Positions 26,301-41,100 of a stretch of DNA of 64,000 bases are shown here, piece by piece. The DNA is taken from contig JAUFOQ010000004.1 of NCBI GenBank assembly GCA_040285855.1, positions 1,302,001-1,366,000 of the forward strand. The letters are read 5' to 3'. A program made the translations under genes and the position numbers. How positions within the stretch are numbered: the first letter of the stretch is position 1; each line of letters begins with the position of its first letter. The DNA comes from Eukaryota sp. GEM-RC1. Taxonomy: Eukaryota. The notes under the pieces were generated by a model. That model was given only the letters and a program-made list of their open reading frames with translations, was not told where the DNA came from and searched no databases.

Positions 26301-29300
26301 CCAGATCCTAGGAAACTCAACTTTGTTGATAGAAACTAATTCTGAGATTAACACAGGAAACTTCTCTTCTTCTTTCATTGTTCAAGAATCAGCAGATAAT
26401 AACTGGATCACTGGTCAAGTTCAATTGGCTAAGTCCATGGATTTCTTCAGTCACGTGATTCTTGATGACGTGTCAGTTTCAGAATTCCAGTCTTCCATTG
26501 GATCCATCACTTGTCATTCTGATGTTTTGATGAGAAATGATGTCAGTATTTCCGTTGTTTCTTTTGTTTTCAATGATACTTTAATTCTTATCGATTCAAC
26601 TTTTCTACTTGACATGATGCTTGTTATCTATGATTCTCAAACTATCACCGGATTTGGTACTATTGTTAGTAATTTTTTAAATTTTGGACGGCTTCGTCCT
26701 GATTCCATTATTGCATTTGAAGATGTTGTTTTTCTTTCACTTTCATCCATTGTTTCTTTTCAAATCAATAATGATAGTTGTTACACCCAATTAGCAGTGA
26801 ATTCCACTGTTTATTTAGATGGAATTCTAGAAGTAGAATTTGACTCGAATTTTCCATCAACTGATGCTAATTTTACACTTATTCGGTCCAATCAAATTAT
26901 CGGGAAATTTAGTCATATCACCAGTCGATGTGCTTCAGTATTAACTACTTTTTATTCAGATACTTCTCTTTCTGTTTCTGTAAATGATATTGTACTAGAT
27001 CTTAATCAAGTTTCTTACATTTCTCCATCTGGTATTGATGATCCTTGTTGTGGAACTTTTGATAGTCCTTGTGCTTCTTTTAAAGGAGTTTTAAAAAGAA
27101 TGGGAAGAAAAGGGAAGGTTTGTTTTCATAGTGGTTACTATTTCCTTAGTCAAGGGTTCGGCAAATTAAGTGATGTTAATTGGGAAGTTACTGGTCTTGG
27201 CGACGTGATCATTGATGGAATTGATCTCGTCTTTCTTGATGCAGTTTCATCTTCTTTGACAATCCAAAACTTAAAGGTTTACGGTAATAATGTTCTTTTG
27301 AAATTTGTAATTCATCAATCAATTTTGATTTTATGAACTTTCGTTCTGTCTCCAATGATAACCTGTTTCTAATTCAAAATTCCATTGTTCGCTTCACAAA
27401 CTGTTTGTTTGATATTGATTCTTTTCGCCTATTTGAAGGTCTTAAATCTTCCATTGTTGTTGACAGTTCATTTTTTTCCGGATCATTGTCTGACTCATTA
27501 ATCTCGTTATCATCATCGTCATTGCTTATTGACAATTCACTTTTTACCTACTTGAATACTAGTAATTTGGTTTATTCTTCTTTTTCTTCTATTGAGTTCA
27601 GTCATTCGTCAATAATGCAAGTTAATGCTAACTCGGTATTTCATTTAGATCAATCTGATATCGTCTTGAGTGATTTAAATATTACTTCAGTTTCTTCAAA
27701 AGATTTTGTTTGCGGTAACTTATCAACTATTTTTCTGAGTTTGATCGAAATTGATCAATCAATTTCTAATGTGTGGTTCAGTTTAGTCAATTGTTTATTC
27801 CACTTAAATAATTTGAATTTCTCTAGTACTCACGGTGATGCTTTCAGTGTTGTAAATTCAACGGACTCCTCTTCATCTATGGTTTTGGTTGTTAATTCGA
27901 ACTTTTCCATCTTTCTCAACGCCTTAAATTCTGAATTATCCATCAACTCTCTTTCTTTTTCAACTGCACAGGAAGTATACTAGAACATTCTGTCAATAGC
28001 TCAATTTCCACACATAATTTGACCATTACTGATTCAGTATTTGATACGTTGTTTTTGTTATCAGATTCGTCGTTGAGATTATCTTTGGGTAACATTGGTT
28101 CATCGTCGTTTTATAATAGTACACTTGTGCTTTATAACTCTACCCTGCAGATGGAGGAGGTTACCATTGATCTGATTTCAACTTCTATTTTCCTAGAGTC
28201 AAAAGAAAGTACTAGTACTTTTGAGAATGTTATCATACGTAATTATGATTTTCTCCAGTTTTTGGTATTAACCAGATCTAAAGCGAGTTTCTACTCTCTG
28301 TCTATGGATCGTTGTCAACTTTTTGAATTAGATTATTCAATTTACGACATTATTTTAATTGAATCTTATCTAACACTGGAAAAATCTTATCTTTCGGGAT
28401 GTGTTTCTAATGAACAATTTAAATTCAGTTTATATTCAGAACAATCTTTTCTCCATTTACTTGCTTTTGACCAGGAATTCTTCTTTTCTTCAATAGTTTT
28501 GGACCATTCCAATATTACTATAATGTCACATTTTTCAGTAATTTCAAAGTCTGTTTCCATTGATGAAGAATCTATTATCCTTGGGAATGCTCCATTACTA
28601 GATCTTTCGTTTTTAATTTCAAATATTTCAATTTCTCCTTCGCAACACTGTTGTAACACGTCTATCTGTCAGGTTTCTCTGAATTTCAATAATATAGGAT
28701 ATATTTCAGAGTTACTGGAACTCTCAGTCCCTAATAATGATGAATTCTACCACAACTTCTTATTGAACTCTCTTGACTTTTTTTTTAACCGACATTATTA
28801 CTTTCAATCCAATGAATAATTCAATTTATTTTAATTTAGGTTTTTCCAGAATATTTTCTTTTCATCACCTATTCGTTCCTATGTGTCCTATTGAGTTTGT
28901 TAGTCTAGAACCTCCAACTAGAGGTGGATTTGTACCACTGTTTGCTTTTAATCTTGGATTAGATCCTATTGTTATTCATCATTCAACTGCATGGGTCAAT
29001 CAAAGTCTCGAATATTCTGCAAGTAATCATGAAAATTTAAATATTTTATTTTTTCAGGGTCATGGGTGTCATGAAATGGTCATATCTAGATCAACTGATA
29101 CGGAAACGTTGTTCTTTCATTACTGTTTTAAACAACCTATCATTCATTCTGTAACTCCAAATCCTTTCCCTTTAACCGGATCACTGATTTTAAAAGGATC
29201 AGATTTCTCCACGAATTTGGAATTTTTCTCTTTACTTTCAACTTTTCCACAAACAGTTGTTTCTAATTACACTCATGATGAAATAATCTTGTATATCCCC

Positions 29301-32300
29301 TATATTTGCGACATCACTTCGGCCACATTTGAAGTATTTCTAGTAATTGGAAATCAGTCTACTAATATTTTCCAACTTGTTTTTGGACCACCCAGAGTTA
29401 CTTATTACCCTATTCCTCTTTCCCCTTCTGGTAAAACGATTTTTCTTTATGATACCAATTTTTCCAAAATGTTCAACTGTTTCGACAATTCATCAATTGA
29501 ATTTTCTGTTGACACGTCCTCTTTTGAAGTTATATCTGATCATCAAATAAAGGTTATAACTGGTTCATTATATGGATCTACTGAGTTTGTAATCGCTTTC
29601 CAATACTTCAAAGATTTCAATTTTTTAATTTCTATACCGGTGACGTCATTTGTCGCTAGAGATACTGTGTTTATTTGTTTTGTAGGCTTTGCTTGTGAAC
29701 TTGAAGTATACAATTATTTGGAGTCCTTTTCGTTTCTTGAAACTTTCATTGAACCTAATGTACCTGATAGTATTTACTTTCTTTATTTTGGTTCAACCGA
29801 ATCATCTGCTGTTGTTACATTTATTTTTATGTACCTGGAATACCACAAGATCTAAAAATTTGCTCCAAACTTGGATGTTTTTCTATTTTTAACTTACCGT
29901 TTGTCGTTCAACCGGCTTATTTATCTCCAAAGCATGTCCAATGGTTAAATGAACCTATAACTACTGAAGTTCTTGTTGAAGTTGAGGGTATTTCATTTTA
30001 CAGTTTCTCTGTGATTCAAAACAGTTTTCATTTTGACAATTGTTCATCTATACTTTCTGGTTTCTCTGAATCTTCCCTAATTTTTGATGTTGAGTTTTCT
30101 AGTATGGGAAATTGTACTTTAATAGGAACATCATTTTTAGATATTTTACCTTTAAGCCTTTCAGTTGAAGCCAAGAACTTTCTTATTTTTCCCCCAGAAG
30201 TTAGTTATAATTCACGCATTGAGTTTACTCTTGTTGAAGATATTAAACATCTTTTTATAACCGTTGGGAGTCAAGCTGTACCTGTTAACAATGGGGCAAA
30301 TATTTTAAATTTGCAAGATGCTTCTACATTTATCAGTCTTCACAGATTCTCTCAGTCAATGAACATCAGTGTTGTTACCTCTATGTTTTACTCAGAAATT
30401 CCTGAGGTAATTGAGCTCAATAATTCTCAGTCAAGCCTGATTGATTTAAGAAATATACTTTATCGTTTAAATGTACGTTGTCTTGGTTTCTGTGATTTAC
30501 ACTCGAAGTATATACATGAATCAGTTCCAATTATCTCTTTTACTGGATTTGAGTCCGAAACAATTACTTTGGAGTTTATTATTCTTTATCTTAATTCCAA
30601 TTTCAACTTTCGAATTCCTATAGTAGTAGAAAATCCTCCAGTGTTTGAACTTATAAGTCCAAATGTTGTCACAACATCTGAAGATTCTCTTCTAGAAATT
30701 TTGAGTTACTCACATTTTGTCATAACAGGATATTTTTTGATTGATGATTCTGTTATTGAACCTACTAATGTTGAGCTCATCTCCAGTTCTGATTCCTTCT
30801 TTGTTTACAGATTTGATCTGAATCTTACTTCCATGTCAGTGTTTGACGGTGAATATGTCCTAGATCTTTGTTGGTCTCAGATAGGATTCAGAAGACAGCT
30901 TGTTTCAGAAATTAAATTCTTCAATTTGGAATTCAGCAGTAACGATCACGTCAGTGTTTTTGAACATCGTGATATTTCTGTTGACTTCAAAGGAAATCTT
31001 ACTTCAAACGTGACTTGTTCTATTGATGACCAAACCTTCTTCGGACAAGTCGTTGATCACGTGCTGGTTTGCAAGAGTGTCCAAATTCCAACTTTTCAGC
31101 AACACGTGTCTGTTAACGTTTACTATGATTACTTTCTTTTGAATTCTTTTGAACTTCATGGTGAGGCTTTTTTGGAGGAGATATGCTTCAGCTCATTTAC
31201 ACATCACCCTGTGGTAAATTCTTTTGAGATTAATTCAAATATGAAAACAAATTTAATATTTGATGGTTCAAGATGTTGTAGTGTTGATGTTTCTTATTGT
31301 TCAGAATTCTTTTACATTAACGAAATGGTTTCTTTTTTTCTTTGAATCGAATTATGACATTCATCACATCATAATCACGTCAAATTCCAGTTGTCAGGGC
31401 ATTGACTCTGGTTTTCCTTTTGAGCTGATTGTCAACAATCAAACTCTTTCACCTTCCGTTTCTTGTAAGCAAATTCCTAGTGGTTATATATTTGCATCAA
31501 TGTGTGAAATAGATTTAATTTTACCAAAAATTTCTGAAATTACTCTAATAGTTCAGGAAGATGTTTATTTACTAGAAGTAGAGTTTTATGGTTACAAATC
31601 TAATTCTTGTTTTAAACCTTTTCATTGGTAAAAGGAGTAACTTCTCTAGGACAAATAATTGATGAAGTTATTCATTTGCGATTTAATAATCAATCATATT
31701 ATTCAATTTCAGAATTCAAACAATTTGTGGTTGATAAGACAACTTTCTGGTCATCATCATCTCTATCTTTTCCCACTGAGTTATATTCTTCTTATTGTTA
31801 TTATTCTATTGTTAGTCATCCAACTGTTTTTACTGCGTCGTCAGCAGTATTTGTGATCTTTCTAGCTGATGTTGTAGAACTAAATCCTCAATATTTGAAT
31901 ATTTCAATTCCGATATTGTGTGTCGATCCTTTGAATTTCGTTGTTGACTGTGGTGATATGTTTACAGTAATGACTTCAACATTTGAATACTTGAAATTTG
32001 ATGTCATTTCCAATTCATTGATTTTCTTTTTATCGAATATGATTAATTTTGGGGAACATTCGTTCTTAATTACTTACAATCAAAGTCAGTTTTATTGGAA
32101 TGTGAATGTTATTCAAAGTTTTAATGAAATATTTGAAGTTGGTCATTTTAAAACTACTAGATGTGATCATCAATATACCTCTGATAATGCATGTACTTTA
32201 TTGGACTTCTCATCTAAATTGATAATTCAAAATCAATTTTCTAATTATTCGAAAGCCATTATGTTTTCAGATTTAAGTATTGTTCTTGAAGTTGCGTCTT

Positions 32301-33597
32301 CAATTTTACATGTCGTTAATGAATCCACGTTGCAGATTATTGGACCTCCACGTCAGTCAATGACGATTACAATTTCCTATTTATCGCATTCTGCTACTAG
32401 CAATCTGGTATCCAATGATTGTCAATTTCCTAAATTGAATTCTGGACATGGATGTTTATGTTCAAAAGGAATGGAATTTAATTTTCTTGGTGAATGTGTG
32501 GAATGTTCGCTAAATTATTATTCAAATTCAGAATTTAATTCAGAATGCAGATTTTGTTCTTTTCCTAGAATCACTCTTCAAAAAGGTTCTAGTGATCTTG
32601 ACCAATGTGTTTGTCCTTTAAACACTCTAGATTCTGTAGATCATTGTTTACCTTGTCCTCATTTAGCTGAATGTGGATATGGAAATTTGACTGGAATTGA
32701 ACCTGGTTTTAGATTAAATACTGATACTTGGGAACTAAATGAGTGTGTGTTTTGGTATAGTTGTCACGAGAATTCCTGCAGATCACGTCATGCTTATGGA
32801 GATTTGTGTCAATATTGTACTGAAGATGCTGTTTCTAGTCGAATTTACTGTATCGGAAAAGAACATTTATTTTTTAAAATTCTTCTATTCATGTTTTTGT
32901 TGTAGTTCTGTTTGTTGCAGATGTGCTCCTCATTGCCTTTCTTCAATCAAAAGTATTGTCACGTGCTTTGCGATTGTCCATCTCTTCTTTATCGTTTTTC
33001 CGATCATCTCAAATTTTGAAGCATCATTTAAATTATTCAAATATTTTGAATGTCTTTCTTTTCTCAGTTTCAGTCTTCAGTTACAAAAGAGTTTCCTTCA
33101 GTTTAATTTTTCTTGAGTATGTTTCATCTCTGTTTTATTTAGATAAGTCAATGATATTGTTACCTTTAATTGTGTGCTCTCTGTCGTTTTCTTCAAGATT
33201 TTGCTTAACAGAATATTTTAAGTTCAAAACTTTTAATATTTTCCATAGTTCCTTCTTTACTGGAGCTGCCTTTATTTCACTAAATTATGTTTTTGGAATG
33301 ACTTTGTCTCATTTCTTTAGTCAACAATTGCCATTTCTATTATTTATTTTTGTTTTTATTCATATTATTTTTGTTTTTTATGTCATATATGCTCAACGAA
33401 CACTCCCTTATATCTTTTCACTTGTTGCTTATTGTGTCATAATCTTTGCAGAGTTGCTGCCCAGTTTAATTTATTTCATTGTTCAAACAGTTTCATTGAT
33501 TTGTCTTTACTGTGTTTCTACTTCTTTTGAACGAGTTGTTCTTGGAATTAGTTCTTTAGTTTGTGTACATAATTTCATGGTGTATGTTGGAGTTTGA
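20366..33597 (+). CDS. Copy C: ~4,400-aa modular surface protein, as copy B plus a ~4-kb insert carrying three LamG/concanavalin-like modules; frameshifted in this assembly
   Basis: ATG at 20366 (MIVVILILCCYAFASVYRW). Tiling ORFs 20279..21997 through 32923..33597. LamG-like units FLYYxW..D.SG..G..W...G.l..V..F.R.LS..EI at ~22570-23160, ~23950-24530 and ~25320-25890. 3' two-thirds and ~250 bp of 3' flank near-identical to inverted copy B. Confidence 0.8.
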
Positions 33598-34104
33598 TTT
33601 ACTGTTGTGGTTTTCCATTTTTTGATTGTTTAAACCTATATGAGCCGACGTTTTCTTACTTGATTACAAGAAAGTAATAAACATCACAATTCATCTATAA
33701 TACATCTTCTGTAACAATGCACGTTAGTAAAAAAAGCTATGTAGCGGATATGTCTTTGTTTTCAATAGAACGTTTGTAGATAAACAAGATACTATATGAT
33801 GCTATCAAAATATTTGAAATAATTAATATGTTCAATATTAATCAATCTTTATCACAAATCAATTTGGTTATATCATATGGACCAGTCCTGAGTACGGCAT
33901 TACCACACCAGACGAAGGCCATTGGAGGATGTACTGGGTATTCACATCCTAATTTAGATAAGAATAAAATACTTATTTAAGTGCAGAAAGATATTCAGTT
34001 ATCTTCTTTTTGTATGTTTTTGTTGCTTGCTTGTTCTTACGTGTAAACCAATTTTTGTTGACTGATTACAACCTGTTGTGATTTTTGATATAATTACCCA
34101 CTTC

Positions 34105-34800
34105 TATACACTGATGGTCAAACCGTAAACTGAAAGTTAGTGTAGTTATGGAATTGTCATAATTACGGTACGATTTTAAGTTGGTACTTCCAACTGTTGA
34201 TTTCCGTAAAATAGAGTTTCCCGTAAAATACGCAAAATATTTATGGAAAAACAATTCTAAAATATATTTCGGTCAACAATGCCAAGACGAAGCTTTGCTT
34301 TCACGAAGCTGAAAGACCCGCTACATCCTCCCAGAAACCATACCGTAATCGCTTCTGACTGCTACAAGTGCAAATACTGTTTTTTCTCCTGGATTATGAA
34401 GTGAAAGGGAAACTCCAATCTACTACTTGCCAAAACTGGTAATATGAATGCATATCACAGTTTTGAATTGTTAGAACCTCAAAAAAAGTGTTCAATATGC
34501 TGTTCCAATTCTTTCCAAAAAGAAAATAAGAGGATTGTGGTGTTAGAAATAAATATGATTGTGACTATGGTTTCCACTTCAAACAAACGAACAGTATGAT
34601 ATCAATTCATGTACTAAACACGTCTAAAAACAGAAAGTACGTTTAGGTTTACGCTGAAATACAATACGGTACCGTATGGCAATTACTTACGGAAAATAAC
34701 ATTCTTGCTATAAAATAATGTTCCGTATAATACGGAAATTATTTACGGAGTCATCTCAAAAGTTGCTGCATTTATGGTTTTGTATTTTGACGATCACCGC
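34105..34800. repeat. Possible degenerate MITE with inverted clusters of TTCCGTA/TACGGAA motifs
   Basis: ccgtaaa/ttccgtaaaata motifs at 34120-34250 and ttacggaaaata/aatacggaaat motifs at 34660-34750. Only weak terminal similarity (tgatggtcaaa / tttgacgatca). Confidence 0.3.
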
Positions 34801-35115
34801 TTCTACTAAAAGTTTTAGTCCAAAACTGGAAAGAAATTCCGATGCAAGTGCAGCATCAAGTGAAGTACAACATCTTGGAAACGTTTGTTAGGATCCGCTT
34901 CCCACCTTTAATTCCATAATAAGCAACAGTAACCCGGCACTGTTGTTCAGCATTAGATGTAGAATCAAAAGAGAACATTATATAAAAGAAGAAAAAGTTT
35001 GGGAAAAAGATGGAAATTTATTGGGAGTATGTATCTGAAGTGAAAAGCACTGTGTACATTGTAGTCAAGACCTTCCAGTCTATATCCTGAACCATAATCC
35101 CGACAATTCAAGACC

Positions 35116-38100
35116 ATGGTCGTGGTCTTTCTTCTCCTTTGCTGTTATACTTATGCCTCAAATTGTCGATGGAATGTCACGACTGATGGATTTTTGGTTT
35201 GACAGTAACAACTGGGATCGAGGTATCGTTCCCTCTCAACATTCTTTCGCTATTCTCCCACCTCAAACCGTTCTTTTAACAGCATTTGTTGAATTCAAAG
35301 TTGATATAACGTCTCTCGCTCTGTCCTCCAATGTTGAGCTTTTTTTCACCGATAACTCTACCCTAACCGTGTCTGATAGCCTTGTCATGAATGGGGGTAG
35401 CTTAAGCACCGATACATCGTCTCCTCTCTCTTTTTCTTCTGTTAAATCTCTCATTGTGGATTCTGTTGATCCTATTACTTTCTCTTCTCACAAACTCATA
35501 GTTACAGATCTCTTTGAGTGGAAACGTGGTTCAATTGATCTAGATGGGTTCAGTGAACTTGTTCTTGTCAATGTTACTTCCCGTAATGATGGTGAATCCT
35601 CAACCAGTTCTGATGTTCTTCATGTTTGGGGAAGGAATGAGTATGGTCAGTTTGGAGGAGAACTGTCTGGAAGTCAAGTTTTCCCTGGAGTCATTCAATT
35701 TTCATTTTCCTATTAAACAAGCTTCAGTTGGAAGATGGCATTCTCTAGTTCTGTTAACAAATGGTGACGTTTACACTGCTGGACGTAACTATTATGGACA
35801 ACTAGGATGTGACGGTGGTGATCGTAATTTTCATGAGAGAATTCAAATTTCTAATATTATTCAAATTGTCGTTTCTTTTCGCTCAAGTTATGCCTTGAAT
35901 AGTTCTGGTTCTGTTTACTCTTGGGGTAATAACCAGTATGGTCAGTTAGGATTAGGACATTTATCTAACAAAGACACCCCTTCTTTAATTCAAAATTTAG
36001 AAAATGTTAAACAAATTGTTGGTAGACAAGTCGCAACATTTGCTTTAACTAGAGATGGTAAAGTTTTTGGATGGGGAAGTGGTTCTGGTAATATTTTTGT
36101 AAGGAAATTACTGCCAATGAACATTCACCAGTGCCAGTCGAACCATTGGAAAATATTAAATTTATTGCTGCTGGCTGGGCTGCCTTTTTCATTAAAGAAA
36201 ATGGTTCTACTCTTACCTGTGGTAGAAAATTGGGTGGTTCTGGAACTTATTTGACACTGACTGAATTTGCCAATCATATTGAGTTTACTTTTATTGACAT
36301 TTCCTCTGTTCACGCGCTTGGAATTGATATTAACCAGAAGCTGTGGAGTTGGGGTGAAGGTGGCGATGGTAGACTAGGTAATGGGGATACATCCCAATCT
36401 TCAACTCCAGTTGAAGTAAAAAACATTGGGAAAGTGTTTACCGCAGCTGCATGATTGAGTCATTCCACTGCTGTTGACGTTAATAATGACGTGTGGTCTT
36501 GGGGTAATCATTTCGACGGTGCTCTAGGTAGAACTACTACCTCTCCTAATGAAAGATTCATTCCAGGTCGTATTACTCATTTGGAGAACAAAGAAATTAG
36601 TGGTATCAATGCATATTATAGGTCTAATTTTGCTTATAGTTCACAGTCTAGTGAGAAGGAAAATTTTCACTTATCAATTCAGAAGTACAGTTATATTCCT
36701 CGAAGTTCGACGTTAGAACAATTTCTCTAACATACTCGACTCTTTATTTAAATGACGTCTATTTTAACAATTTAAAATTCTTCGAATTATTGGCTAATTC
36801 ATCAGTAAATGTAACTAGTGACTCCAAAATTGCTTCTGATGATCTAACTATCACCTTAAATTCAAGTGATCTCTACTATGATGATTCAGTCGACATATCG
36901 TCATCAAGTGTCAGTTTGATTGCTATCAACAGTCGTTTCCAGAATGATTTTGACTTTGATAATATCCGTGTTTTAGATTTATCCTTTTCAACTTTTGAGT
37001 CAGCTTCAAGTATTCATATCATTGTTGGGTACTTCTCTTGTTTTCATTGTCAACTACTTGGAAACTCTTCGTTGTTGACAGAAACATATTCTGAGATTAA
37101 TTCAGGGAATTTCTCATCTTCATTAGTTGTTACACAATCAGCAGATACTAATACGCTCATTGGTCAAGTTCAATTGGCGAATTCTATTGATTTCTTCAGT
37201 TACGTGATTCTTGATGACGTGTCAGTTTCAGAATTCCAGTCTTCGATTGGGTCCATCATTTGTCATTCTGATGTTTTGATGAGAAATGTTGTAGCTATTT
37301 CCAGTATTCCGTTCGTTTTCCACAATGCATTGATTTTATCTGATGCAACTGTCTTTCTTGATCCGCTCTTTGTTCTCTTAGATTTTCAAACTTTGAAAGG
37401 CGTTGGTACTATTGATACTAATATTTTAAATTTTGGAAGAATTAATCCTTCTTCTACATTAACTTTTAATGACAATCTTACTCTTTCCTTTTCGTCCATA
37501 GTAACTCTTCAGATCAGTAACGACAGTTCTTCTACTCAATTAATTGTTGGTTCAACTGCTTATTTAGATGGAATACTAGAAATTGAATTTGACACAAAGT
37601 CTGACTCAACCAGGTATAATTATACTCTGATAGAGTCTGATCAAATTAATGGAAGATTTAGAAGCATAATTAATCCTTGTGCTTCACTTATAACCACCTT
37701 TTATTCAAAGTCTTCTCTAATTGTCTCTGTAAATGATTTTGTAGTCGACTTACAACAAGGTTCTTACGTTTCACCTACTGGAGTTGATGATCCTTGTTGT
37801 GGAACTTTTGACAGTCCTTGTGCTTCTTTTAGAGGAGTTTTAGAAAGAATGGGAAGAAAAGGGACGGTGTATTTCCATAGTGGTCACTATTTGTTTAATC
37901 TAGGTTTCGGCAAATTAATTGATGTTGATTGGGAAGTTATTGGTCTCGTTGACGTCATCATTGATGGAAGTGATGAGACTATACTTGACATTATTTATTC
38001 TTCTTTGACCTTTCATAATTTAATTATCTACGGCAAAAATGTAGTTTTTGAGGTTTCTGATTCATCAATCATTTTTGATTTCGTGAGTGTTCTTTCCGTC

Positions 38101-41100
38101 TCTAATGATACCATGTTTTTAATTGAAAATTCCTCTTTAACTACAACAAACTGTCTGTTTGACATCGATTCTTTTCGTCTATTTGAATGTATTGAATCTT
38201 TACTTTTCATCAACAATTCTAGTTTTTCCGGATCATTGTCTGACTCGTTAATCTCGTTGTCATCATCGTCAATGATTTTTGACAATACACTTTTTAATGA
38301 CTTGAATGTTAATAATTTGGTTGTTTCTTCCTCTTCGTCTATTAAACTCAATCATTTATGAATAACGGAAGTAACTGCTAACACTGTATTTCAATTACAT
38401 CAGTCTAATAGTGTCATGAATAATTTAATTGTTTTTTCAATCTTTTCAAAAGACTTTGTTTATAGTACGTTCTCAATTATTTCTCTAAATACTCTCAAAG
38501 TCGATCAATCAATTTCTACTGTGTGGTTCAGTTTAATCAATTGTAAATTCCACTTACAAAATTTGAATTTCTCAAGTATTCACGGTGATGCTTTTAGTGT
38601 CTTAAATTCGACGGACTCCTCTTTATCTATGGTTTTGGTTGTGAATTCGAACTTGTCCATCTTTCTCAACGTTTTAAATTCAGGATTGTCCATCAACTCT
38701 CTTTCTCTTTTCAACTGTATAGGAAGTATACTAGAATCTTGTGTTAATAGTTCAATTACCACACAGAATTTGGCCATTACTGATTCATTATTTGATACTT
38801 TGTTTTTGTTATCAGACTCGTCCTTGAGTTTATCCTTGGGTAACATTGGGTCATCGTCGTTTAATAATAGTAGACTTGTGCTTTATAACTCTACCCTGGA
38901 CATGGAAGAAGTTACCATTGATTTGGTTTCAACTTCTATTTTCTTAGAGTCTATAGAAAGTAATAGTACTTTTAAGAATATTGTATTACGTCGTTATGAG
39001 TTTCTCCAGTTTTTGGTTCTAACTCTGTCCAAAACTAATTTTTTTTGTCTATTCATGGATCGTTGCCAACTGTCTGAATTAGATTTTTCAGTATATGATA
39101 TTTTTTTAATTGACTCGTATCTAACTCTGGAAAAATCTAATATTTCTGGATGTGTTTCTAACCAAGACTTTAAGTTGAGTTTATATTCAGAAAAATCTTA
39201 CCTGTATTTTCATAAGTTTGATCAGGAATTCTACTTTTCTTCATTGGTTTTAGTTCATTCCAATGTCTCAATAATGTCATATTCCCCAGTAATTTCTAAG
39301 TCTGTTTTAATTGATGAAGAATCTATTATAATTGGTAATGTTCCATTACTAGATCTTTCCAGATTAATTTCGAATATTTCGATTTTTCCTTCACAACACT
39401 GCTGCAACACGTCTATTTGTCAAGTTTCTCTGAATTTTGATAATATCGAGTATCTTTCAGAGTTACTAGAACTCTCAATCCCCAATAATGATAAATTCTC
39501 TCACAACTTCCTATTGAATTCTCTTGACTTCTTATTAAATGATATTATTTCTTTCAAGAATATTTCAGTTTTTTTCAAATTCACTATTTCCAGAATATTT
39601 TACATTCGACGTGCGTTCATCCGTATTTGTCCTATTGAGTTTGTTAGTCTAGAACCTCCAACTAGAGGTGGATTTATACCACTGTTTGCTTTTAATCTTG
39701 GGTTAGATCCTATTGTTATTCATCATTCAACTGCTTCGATCAATCAAAGTCTCGAATATTCTTCAAATAATCATGAATATTTCCACTTCTTCTTTTTGAA
39801 AGTCATGGTTGTCATGAAATGATTGTTTCTAGATCCACTGATGAAGCAATGATATATTTTAAATATTGTTTCAAGCGTCCTCATATTCAAACTATTTCCC
39901 CAAATCCTTTCCCTTTAACAGGACCATTGACTATTACAGGATCAGATTTCTCTACAAATTTTGATTTTCTTGCTATTCTTTCAAGCTTCCCACAAGGGGG
40001 AAGTTCGTAATTATACACACGAAGAAATCGTTTTACACATCCCCTTTATTTGCGATATCACTTCCACTAAATTTGAAATTGTTTTAATAGTTGGAAATCA
40101 GTTCAGTAACTCTTATCAAATCCATTTTGGTCCGCCAAGAGTTACTTATCAACCTGTTCCTCTTTCTCCTTCTGGTGAAACTATTCTTCTTTATGATCCA
40201 AATTTTTCAAAAATGTTGAACTGTTACCATAACTCATCTATCCAATTTTCAGTTAGTAGTGCTACTTTTGAAATAGTACTTGATGATGAAGTCAATGTTA
40301 GAACTGGTTCTTTATATGGATCAACTGCGTTTGTAATCGATATCCAGTTTTTCAAGGATTTCAATTTTTAATTTCTATACCGGTGACGTCATTTGTCGCT
40401 AGAAATACCCCATTTGTTTGCTTTGTGGGTATTGCTTGTGAAATTGAAGTTTATACTTATCTGGAAGAATTCTCGTTTCTCGAAACTTACATTGAACCTA
40501 ATGTACCTGATAGTATTTACTTTCTTTATTTTGGTTCAACTGTTTCTTCTGCTATTGTTACATTTATCTCTTATGTTCCTGGAGTTCCTCAAGATTTGAA
40601 AATTTGTGCACATTTTGGATGTTTTTCTATTTTTAACTTACCCTTTGTCATTCAGCCGGCTTATTTATCTCCAAAGCATTTCCAATGGTTAAATGAGCCT
40701 ATATCTACTGAAGTTCTGGTTGAAGTTGAGGGTATTTCCTTTTACAGTTTCTCTGTAATTCAAAACAGTTTTTATTTTGACAATTGTCCATCTTTGTTAT
40801 CTTATTTAAGTGAATCTTACATGATCTTTGATGTGGTGATTTCTCAAATAGGAACTTGTTCATTAGTTGGATCTTCTTTTTTAAATATTGTCCCATTCAA
40901 CATGATTATTGAAACCAAGAATTTTCTTATTTTTCCACCAGAGGTTAGATTTAATTCTCAAATTCAATTTGTGCTTAGTGAAGATATTTCTCATCTCTTC
41001 ATAACACATGGAAGTTAAACGATTTCTGTTCACAATGGTGCCAATATTTTAAATTTGAAGGATTCTCCCACCTTCATTACTCTTCACAGATATTCTCAGT

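Noticed and set aside
33880..33950. 5S rRNA-like start (GAGTACGGCATTACCAC) or ribozyme-like segment with an AGGATGT/ACATCCT stem
   Set aside because: Similarity covers only ~14 nt; no 5S internal boxes and no hammerhead CUGAnGA/GAAA core.
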